A DNA stretch of 14,607 nucleotides from an uncultured Muribaculaceae bacterium. GTDB taxonomy: Bacteria; Bacillota_I; Bacilli_A; RF39; UBA660. The stretch is from contig CAZTUM010000018.1 of the NCBI GenBank assembly GCA_964616645.1, positions 1-14,607 of the forward strand. The letters run 5' to 3'. The position numbers and the translations under genes are program-made. Shown here piece after piece: positions 1 to 5,550 of this stretch (the first letter of the stretch is position 1; each line of letters opens with the position of its first letter). The notes beneath the pieces are model-generated. The model made no database searches, was not told where the DNA came from, and saw only the letters and a program-made list of their open reading frames with translations.

Positions 1-1
1 A

Positions 2-775
2 TTAAAGACAGAATATTGCTATGAGAGTAAAGATTTTAATGAAGTAAAAGGAAGATTAAAATATTTAAAAGAAATAAAAGGGATAGGATTATTTATAGGT
101 AGTAGTGGATTAGGGAAAACATATTCAATAAGATGTTTTACAGAAAGTTTAAATAAAGATTTATATAAAGTAATATATATATCACCAACAAAGAAGATGC
201 GAGTATTTGAGTTTTTTGCACAAATAGCAAGGAACTTAAATATAGATACAGGAGCTTGTTATAAAAATGAAATGTATGAGAGAATACAAACAGAAATAAA
301 AAGATTAGTAAATGAAAAGAGAATACAACCAATATTTATAATAGATGATGCAGACAATTTAAATGAACATATATTAATGGAATTAAAATTATTATTTGAC
401 TTTCAGATGGATAGTAAAGATTATACAACAATAATACTAGTAGGACATGAAGAGTTAAGAAAAGAATTATCAAAATTAAAATATGAAACATTACAACAAA
501 GAATAGTAGTAAATTATAGATTTAATGGATTATCAAGAGAAGAAGTGAAAGCATATGTAATAAGTAGATTAGAACTAGCAAATCAGAAAAATAAAATATT
601 TCAAGAAGCAGCATTAACAGCACTATATTCAGCAAGTAAAGGAAGTCCAAGAAGATTAAATAATTTAATAATAAATGCATTAATGATAGGATATCAAAAT
701 AATAAAAGTGAGATAGATGAGGAAATAGTGATGTTAGCTAAGAATGAAATTGACTTTATGGAAGGAGAATGGTAA
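2..775 (+). CDS. ExeA/TniB-like AAA+ ATPase (transposition-helper type), 5'-partial; the frame is open to the window edge
   Basis: The frame of ORF 197..775 stays open back to nt 2 (LKTEYCYESKDFNEVKGRLKYLKEIKGIGLFIGSSGLGKT...). Walker A GSSGLGKT is at 98-121 and Walker B is IFIIDDAD. The C-terminal GSPRRLNNL motif is typical of ExeA-family ATPases that accompany DDE (Mu/Tn552/Tn7-like) transposases. Confidence 0.8.
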   Translation, partial: LKTEYCYESKDFNEVKGRLKYLKEIKGIGLFIGSSGLGKTYSIRCFTESLNKDLYKVIYISPTKKMRVFEFFAQIARNLNIDTGACYKNEMYERIQTEIKRLVNEKRIQPIFIIDDADNLNEHILMELKLLFDFQMDSKDYTTIILVGHEELRKELSKLKYETLQQRIVVNYRFNGLSREEVKAYVISRLELANQKNKIFQEAALTALYSASKGSPRRLNNLIINALMIGYQNNKSEIDEEIVMLAKNEIDFMEGEW

Positions 776-990
776 GAAAAAATAAAAGAAAAATGATAAA
801 TAAGTATGAAATAATATATAAAATGAATGCAATAATAGATTATTTAAAAAATAATAATGGATATAATTATAAAACGTATAATATGTTATGTCCAGGTATG
901 GGTGAACCGGATTCAAATATTATTGAATATGCTAAAGATGTTTTAAATATAATTAATGAATTAATTAATAAAAATCAAGAGATTAAATAA
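769..990 (+). CDS. Small hypothetical protein (73 aa), translationally coupled to the ATPase
   Basis: Its ATG overlaps the ATPase stop (ATGGTAA). The ORF is open in AT-rich DNA where stop codons are frequent. I recognise no motif. Confidence 0.4.
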   Translation: MVRKNKRKMINKYEIIYKMNAIIDYLKNNNGYNYKTYNMLCPGMGEPDSNIIEYAKDVLNIINELINKNQEIK

Positions 991-1050
991 ACTTATTAAA
1001 TTATCCCTTGATTTTTTAAATATAATTAAAAAAAATAATACTAAAAACAA

Positions 1051-1079
1051 TTGTCAAAAGAATAAATTTATGATATCAT
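1051..1079 (+). promoter_or_regulatory. Candidate sigma-70-type promoter for the DGR operon
   Basis: TTGTCA (1051-1056), a 17-nt spacer, then TGaTATCAT (extended -10; TATCAT at 1074-1079). It lies about 140 nt upstream of the RBS/ATG at 1206/1220. Confidence 0.35.
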
Positions 1080-1113
1080 TTATACATAAGGTAGGCAAGT
1101 TGATTGAATTATT

Positions 1114-1620
1114 TTGAAGGTAATTTATGTTGAGATAATTTGTAAAAAAAAATCCCAAATAATTCGCAATTATAAAGTCCCAAATAATTCGCAAATCAAC
1201 AATAAGGAGGATAAATTATATGAAAAAACAAACCAACGTTCGTGGGGGGGGGGTACTTTAATAATTAGACAGTCCAGTGGGATTTTCTATGAAGTTAATG
1301 ATAATGATGCAATAATTTTAAATTATTTATTTAATTATAAGATTACTGGTTCTAATAGAGTAGGGTTTCCTAATACTGCATTATCTAAAGTATTAAATAC
1401 TTTAGAAAAAGATAATATAGATTATATTTTATATTATATAAATGGAACAAAAGATGAATACCATAAAGTACCTAATAATTATAATAAAGTATTAACACTT
1501 GCACTTAGTAATTATGATTTTAATAATAAAATAAAAGATATTACTTCTAAAATAAATAAATTAGATAATATTAAATTAAATAATTTATTAAAAATAATCG
1601 AGGATTATTTAAATGAATAA
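1114..1620 (+). CDS. DGR accessory ORF with MutS domain-I-like (mismatch-binding-domain-like) sequence; the native start is probably ATG 1220, which is out of frame as assembled
   Basis: LIIRQSSGIFYEVNDNDAIILNYLFNYKIT...RVGFPNTALSKVLNTLEKDNIDYIL resembles the MutS N-terminus ([17 protein letters not shown]...L.ITLT...PMAGVP..A...YI..L...GYKV). The as-assembled ORF needs TTG 1114, which has no RBS. The strong GGAGG (1206-1210) plus ATG 1220 is in the +1 frame and stops at 1259-1261 after the G10 tract. The stop overlaps the avd start. Confidence 0.5.
   Translation: MKVIYVEIICKKKSQIIRNYKVPNNSQINNKEDKLYEKTNQRSWGGGTLIIRQSSGIFYEVNDNDAIILNYLFNYKITGSNRVGFPNTALSKVLNTLEKDNIDYILYYINGTKDEYHKVPNNYNKVLTLALSNYDFNNKIKDITSKINKLDNIKLNNLLKIIEDYLNE
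1153..1194 (+). repeat. Two perfect 17-bp direct repeats, TCCCAAATAATTCGCAA (1153-1169 and 1178-1194), separated by 8 nt
   Basis: The exact duplication is read directly. It sits between the candidate promoter and the GGAGG RBS of the first DGR gene. I saw no further copies on either strand. Confidence 0.9.
1244..1253 (+). repeat. G10 homopolymer (simple-sequence contingency tract) inside the 5' end of the first DGR accessory gene
   Basis: Ten consecutive G counted at 1244-1253 in otherwise very AT-rich DNA. G11 or G8 would fuse ATG 1220 to the long downstream frame. Confidence 0.95.
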
Positions 1621-1957
1621 TGATTTTAAATTGATTATTTTAGTTAAAAATTATATATTATCTTTAGAGGATTTACTTATTAATGTACCTAATAAAGATT
1701 ATTATAATAAAAATACAATGAGAAGTTATTTAGATGATATTTTATTTTTAATTTATTTAATTAATAATCATAAGGATAAGAATGTTAAGATTAATTTAAA
1801 ATATGTTCTTTTATCTAAGGTTAATATGCTTAATTTTTATATTGAAAGATATCATAAGTTAAAATATATATCTAAAAAACAAGTATTTCAAAATGCTACT
1901 AAGATTGAAGAAATTACTAAAGTTATATATGGATGGATAAAGAGTAATGATAAATAA
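1613..1957 (+). CDS. avd: Avd-like accessory variability determinant (small four-helix-bundle protein)
   Basis: 114 aa, basic and helical, located immediately upstream of the RT and overlapping it. The C-terminal ...KYISKKQVFQNATKIEEITKVIYGWIKS matches the Avd pattern (..is..qy..l...i.eigkml.GW.k). GAGGA RBS lies 8 nt upstream. Confidence 0.75.
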   Translation: MNNDFKLIILVKNYILSLEDLLINVPNKDYYNKNTMRSYLDDILFLIYLINNHKDKNVKINLKYVLLSKVNMLNFYIERYHKLKYISKKQVFQNATKIEEITKVIYGWIKSNDK

Positions 1958-3032
1958 AATAGATTATTTTAAAATATTGGATACTTATGATAAGACTGTA
2001 AGTAAAAGAGTTAGAAATAAAAGAAGTTTAATTAATATGGAAATGAATAAAATTAGCTATGTTAGTAATATTTATAATTTATTAATTAATAATAATTATA
2101 AATTTTATAAATATAATATTTTTATAATAAAAGAACATAAATATAGAATTGTTATGTCATCTAATATCTATGATAAAGTAATTAATCATTATTATACAAA
2201 TGAATTTTTATATAAAAAGGTAGAACCTTATTTAGATAAAAGAAATATTGCTACTAGAATAGGTATGGGTACTGACTATGGTATTAAATTAATAAAAAAA
2301 TATTATGAAATATATAAAAAGTATGATACTTTTTATATATTAAAATTAGATATAAAGAAGTATTTTTATAGTATAGACCATAATGTATTAAAGAGTATGT
2401 TAAAAGATATATTAGATAAATATGAGTATTATATAATATGTAATATTATTGATAGTACTAATTATGATTATATTAATAATGAGATTAAGAAATTAAAGAT
2501 TAAATATAATAATCCTTATGTTAATGATATTCCATATTATTTACATGATAAAGGTCTAGCTATAGGACTTATGACTAATCAAACTTTAGCAATATTTTAT
2601 TTATATAAATTACATAATTTTATTAATAGAAAACTAAAATTAAAACATTTTATTTCTTATATGGATGATATAATTATATTTCATAAAGATAAAGATTATT
2701 TAAAGTATTCTTTAAAAGAAATAGAAAAATATTTAAATAATGTTTTAAAATTAGAGTTAAATAAAAATAAAACTATGATATGTAAATCAAGTAATTGGGT
2801 AGAGTTTTTAGGATATAATTTTAAAGTAGTTAATAAGAAAACTATTATTAGAATTAGAAGTAAGTCATTAAAAAGAATAAAGAAGAATATTAAGAATACT
2901 AAATATTTATATGATATTAATAAGATATCTTTAGAGAAAGCTTTTTCTATTATTAATAATTATAAATATAGTTATAAATATGATAAAAGTATGAAAGTTA
3001 ATAATTTAATAGATAAATATTGGAGGTGTTAA
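1947..3032 (+). CDS. DGR-type reverse transcriptase
   Basis: 361 aa. Motifs present: KYRIVMSSNIYDKVINH (KxRxI....DRVVQH-like), LDIKKYFYSIDH, GLAIGLMTNQTLAIFYL (compare Bordetella bRT GLPIGNLTSQHFANFYL; nt 2562-2582) and the catalytic YMDD (2658-2669). There is no maturase or endonuclease extension. A cognate TR starts 26 nt after the stop. Confidence 0.93.
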   Translation: MINKIDYFKILDTYDKTVSKRVRNKRSLINMEMNKISYVSNIYNLLINNNYKFYKYNIFIIKEHKYRIVMSSNIYDKVINHYYTNEFLYKKVEPYLDKRNIATRIGMGTDYGIKLIKKYYEIYKKYDTFYILKLDIKKYFYSIDHNVLKSMLKDILDKYEYYIICNIIDSTNYDYINNEIKKLKIKYNNPYVNDIPYYLHDKGLAIGLMTNQTLAIFYLYKLHNFINRKLKLKHFISYMDDIIIFHKDKDYLKYSLKEIEKYLNNVLKLELNKNKTMICKSSNWVEFLGYNFKVVNKKTIIRIRSKSLKRIKKNIKNTKYLYDINKISLEKAFSIINNYKYSYKYDKSMKVNNLIDKYWRC

Positions 3033-3057
3033 ATATAAAAGGGTAATATGAATTAAA

Positions 3058-3149
3058 TTACTCCTAATTCTAGTAATTCTAACAACGTCTTCAACGTGAA
3101 CAACAATGCGAATGTGAACAGCAACAACGCGAACAATGGCAACGGCGTT
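3058..3149 (+). repeat. DGR template repeat (TR); the 5' boundary could be 3055
   Basis: The 92-nt segment aligns without gaps (offset 1565) to 4623-4714. All 59 non-A positions are identical, and 16 of the 33 A positions differ in the VR. It is much more GC-rich than its surroundings and lies in intergenic DNA just 3' of the RT. Confidence 0.95.
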
Positions 3150-3309
3150 TCCTAGTACTTTATTTACTTGGTAATTTTAAAGGTCTATCCTTTAAAATCT
3201 ATAGGAATAAAGGACAAGTATTATCCTTGATACTAAGTATCTAAATTTAAATTATGGATGGATATTTCTTAGTTATTTATCCTAGAACCATAATATATTT
3301 AATTTTATT
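3150..3309 (+). ncRNA. Noncoding segment 3' of TR; candidate DGR RNA spacer or priming region
   Basis: A 160-nt ORF-free stretch follows TR directly. I can draw only short helices, for example AAGGA 3210-3214 with TCCTT 3224-3228, and GATAC-TAA-GTATC at 3229-3241. The assignment is by analogy to the spacer needed for cDNA priming in the Bordetella phage DGR. Confidence 0.25.
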
Positions 3310-3651
3310 ATGAGTGTATATAATAGATATAAATTTATAAAAGATATATATAGTAATTATATAATATTTATAAAGAAAAAGAATAAATATTATACTTATG
3401 ATATAGATAATAAAATGCTTAGAAGTTTAAAAGTAAATTATTATAAAGATATTGATAAGTATAAAATAAATTATTTACTTATTAATAATTTAGAAATTAT
3501 TAATAAGGTTGAATATAAAAATAATAATTATAATAAATATTTAATTAATTATTTAATAAATGAAATTTATAATAGATATAAAGAAAGAGAAGATGGTTAT
3601 AATGAAGAAATTATTAAAAATATTAGTTCCTATAGTAATAATATGTATTAG
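3310..3651 (+). CDS. Hypothetical 113-aa protein between TR and the target gene; possibly a second MutS-domain-I-like accessory
   Basis: An open frame of 113 codons is unlikely by chance at this AT content. RYKFIKDIYSNYIIFIKKKNKYYTYDIDNKMLRSL loosely parallels MutS [36 protein letters not shown]. There is no obvious SD, the sequence is low-complexity, and it overlaps the target gene 5' end by about 50 nt. Confidence 0.4.
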   Translation: MSVYNRYKFIKDIYSNYIIFIKKKNKYYTYDIDNKMLRSLKVNYYKDIDKYKINYLLINNLEIINKVEYKNNNYNKYLINYLINEIYNRYKEREDGYNEEIIKNISSYSNNMY

Positions 3652-4798
3652 TATATTTATTATTAATAAAAATAATAATAAATATACTAGTATTTCAGGT
3701 TACCCTAATACTAAGATTATGGTATCTTATAATGGAGTTGCTAGGAGTGATTTTCCTAGTAAGGATACTTCTTTATATTATAATGTTACTACTAATTGTA
3801 ATAATGCTTCTTCTCATTGGGATTATGATAATTGGGAATTAGTAATTAGTAATTTAACTAGTACTAGTAAATGTAATGTAGATTTTACTACTAGTAGTAA
3901 AACTACCTTATATAACTATATAGTAAATACATTATATAATAATACGGATGGAAATAATGATATATATAAAGAAGACCATACAATAAATAATAATAGTTAT
4001 TCAGAATATAGATATGAAGGAGAAGATACAAAAGTAAATAATTATGTATGGTTTAATAATGAATTATGGAGAATAATCGGGGCATTTCCAGGAGGAACAC
4101 CCACTACTAGTAGTACTAGTCTAGGAGATGGAGCACCTAGTACAAATAATACAGTAAAAATAATAAGAAATGATTCATTAGGAAGTTATGCTTGGAGTAA
4201 AAGTAATACCAATGAATGGACTACAGCCTCATTGAATAGAGAAATATTAAATAATTTATATTTAAATTCATCTTCAGGAACATGTAATTTTTATTCAACT
4301 TCAGTATCAAAAGCATGTGACTTTACAAGTAATGGACTAAGTAATGTAGAAGACTTTATAGAAAATGCAACATGGAATTTAGGAGGGTATAGTAGTAGTT
4401 CAGTGACAGCAAGTAGTATGTATGAATATGAAAGAGGCACCACAGTATATTCAGGAAGAAGTATATATGCAACAGTGAAAGTAGGACTAATGTATCCATC
4501 AGACTATGGATATTCAGTAACTAACACAAACTGTAATCACAGTAGTACAAATCTATCTAGTTATAACTCTTCATCATGTGGAGGAAAGAGTTGGATGTTA
4601 AAGTATGGATTTGAATGGACTCTTACTCCTTATTCTAGTTATTCTTACTACGTCTTCGACGTGAACAACTTTGCGAGTGTGTACAGCGTCATCGCGAGCT
4701 TTGGCGACGGCGTTCGACCAGTCGTATATCTAAAATCTAATGTCTATGTAACAGGGGGAGATGGAAGTATTGATAATCCATATCAAGTATCACTTTAA
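3602..4798 (+). CDS. DGR target (variable) protein: N-terminal membrane anchor, Asn/Ser/Thr-rich ectodomain, C-terminal VR-bearing lectin-like domain
   Basis: The ORF is open from ATG 3560. ATG 3602 (alternative 3593) gives MKKLLKILVPIVIICISIFII, a signal-anchor. The C-terminus EWTLTPYSSYSYYVFDVNNFASVYSVIASFGDGVRPVVYLK contains the VR in frame and ends with the G.RPV motif seen in DUF1566/CLec-like DGR variable domains. Confidence 0.88.
   Translation: MKKLLKILVPIVIICISIFIINKNNNKYTSISGYPNTKIMVSYNGVARSDFPSKDTSLYYNVTTNCNNASSHWDYDNWELVISNLTSTSKCNVDFTTSSKTTLYNYIVNTLYNNTDGNNDIYKEDHTINNNSYSEYRYEGEDTKVNNYVWFNNELWRIIGAFPGGTPTTSSTSLGDGAPSTNNTVKIIRNDSLGSYAWSKSNTNEWTTASLNREILNNLYLNSSSGTCNFYSTSVSKACDFTSNGLSNVEDFIENATWNLGGYSSSSVTASSMYEYERGTTVYSGRSIYATVKVGLMYPSDYGYSVTNTNCNHSSTNLSSYNSSSCGGKSWMLKYGFEWTLTPYSSYSYYVFDVNNFASVYSVIASFGDGVRPVVYLKSNVYVTGGDGSIDNPYQVSL
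4623..4714 (+). repeat. DGR variable repeat (VR) within the 3' end of the target gene
   Basis: It is the counterpart of TR 3058-3149. The 16 differences (11 A->T, 5 A->G) are all at TR adenines. Homology ends at 4714/4715, right after the GC-rich GGCGACGGCGTT. Confidence 0.95.
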
Positions 4799-4805
4799 GT
4801 AGCTA

Positions 4806-4847
4806 TATACGGTTAATGTGGAAGGATATCTTCCCATTAGCCGTATA
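4806..4847 (+). terminator. Strong stem-loop after the target gene (probable terminator or insulator before the rpsP promoter)
   Basis: TATACGGTTAAT (4806-4817) pairs with ATTAGCCGTATA (4836-4847): 12 bp including one G-U. An inner GGAAG (4820-4824) pairs with CTTCC (4830-4834). The downstream tract is A/T-rich but is not a clean U-run. Confidence 0.5.
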
Positions 4848-4873
4848 ATTAAATATATGTTAACCAAATATGG

Positions 4874-4902
4874 TTGACATCTTTTATTTAATATGATAAT
4901 AT
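4874..4902 (+). promoter_or_regulatory. Promoter of the rpsP operon
   Basis: TTGACA (4874-4879), a 17-nt spacer, then TGaTAATAT (extended -10; TAATAT at 4897-4902). Confidence 0.6.
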
Positions 4903-4927
4903 ATTGTAAGTGAAAGGAAGTGTTAAT

Positions 4928-5191
4928 ATGATAAAGATTAGACTTAAGAGAATGGGTGCTAAGAAAGCTCCGTTTTACCGTGTAGTTGTAGCAGATTCAC
5001 GCACACCTAGAGATGGTAAGGTACTAGAAAATTTAGGAACTTATAATCCAATTACAGGTGATATAAATATTGATAATGAAAAATGCTTAAAATGGTTGAG
5101 TAATGGAGCTCAACCTACTGATACTGCTCGTAATATTTTAAGTAAGGCTAAGGTTATGGAAGAGTACCATAACTTAAAGTTATCTAAGTAA
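4928..5191 (+). CDS. rpsP: 30S ribosomal protein S16
   Basis: [31 protein letters not shown]... is the canonical S16 N-terminus. AAAGGAAG RBS lies 7 nt upstream of ATG 4928. The GTG at 4910 in the ORF track would add a non-conserved extension. Confidence 0.93.
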   Translation: MIKIRLKRMGAKKAPFYRVVVADSRTPRDGKVLENLGTYNPITGDINIDNEKCLKWLSNGAQPTDTARNILSKAKVMEEYHNLKLSK

Positions 5192-5436
5192 TGGATTTAC
5201 GAGAATTAACTCTTTATTTAGTTAAGAAGTTAGTTGTTAATGTAGATGCAGTATTAGTAAATGAAAAAAAAGAAGGAAATACCTATATTATTGATATTTT
5301 AGTAGATAAAGATGATTTAGGTAAAGTAGTAGGTAAAAATGGCAAAGTAATAAATGCTATTAGAACAGTAGTTCAAGCAAGTGGTTATGCTAATTCTTTA
5401 GGTAATGTTAGAATTAATGTAAGCGCTAAGGACTAA
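5191..5436 (+). CDS. ylqC: KH-domain RNA-binding protein (UPF0109/YlqC family)
   Basis: 81 aa with the GKVVGKNGKVINAIRTVV KH GxxG motif. It is coupled to rpsP by a TAATG overlap, which is the conserved rpsP-ylqC arrangement. Confidence 0.85.
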   Translation: MDLRELTLYLVKKLVVNVDAVLVNEKKEGNTYIIDILVDKDDLGKVVGKNGKVINAIRTVVQASGYANSLGNVRINVSAKD

Positions 5437-5550
5437 TGTTCTTTTTTTATTAAGATATTAATTGTATATTTTACACTTTGAATAGTAAAATAGCACATAA
5501 AATATTTAATTAAATATAATAATAGTGTATAATGTTATTAAGGTGAGAAG

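Noticed and set aside
138-332. Minus-strand ORFs 138..332, 734..916, 9937..10188 and 13821..14171, and the + strand alternate-frame ORF 11839..12057
   Set aside because: All lie entirely inside much longer + strand genes that have recognisable motifs. Their products are low-complexity (L/F/Y/I-rich) antisense or off-frame shadows typical of AT-rich coding DNA, and they lack an RBS.
971-1017. A terminator after ORF 769-990 (AAAATCAAG pairing with CTTGATTTT, plus a T-run)
   Set aside because: The stem is an A/T-rich 9 bp enclosing a 27-nt loop, so predicted stability is poor. I left it uncalled.
1153-1194. The 17-bp direct repeats as a CRISPR array
   Set aside because: There are only two copies, with an 8-nt spacer. 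The repeats are far shorter than CRISPR repeats or spacers, and no cas genes are present.
1947-3032. The RT as a retron RT or a group II intron maturase
   Set aside because: A cognate TR/VR pair with A-only differences, an Avd-like gene, and the IGxxx(S/N)Q and YMDD motifs all point to a DGR. The protein has no X/maturase or En domain. The only group II intron RNA signature (12534-12598) is 9.5 kb away and is a fragment.
3055-3057. Extending TR three bases further 5' (AAA in TR versus CTC in VR 4620-4622)
   Set aside because: This is compatible with A-mutagenesis but cannot be told apart from chance. The next base (3054 T versus 4619 A) is a non-A mismatch, so I set the conservative boundary at 3058.
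4715-4724. A VR-proximal hairpin or cruciform like the one that stimulates retrohoming in the Bordetella phage DGR (CGAC-CA-GTCG)
   Set aside because: It has only a 4-bp stem with a 2-nt loop, which is sterically implausible. The only strong hairpin (4806-4847) lies about 90 nt downstream of the VR and after the stop codon, so it is better explained as a terminator.
4910-4927. GTG 4910 as the rpsP start (ORF-track coordinates)
   Set aside because: It would add MKGSVN ahead of the conserved S16 N-terminus. The AAAGGAAG RBS lies inside this extension and is correctly spaced for ATG 4928.
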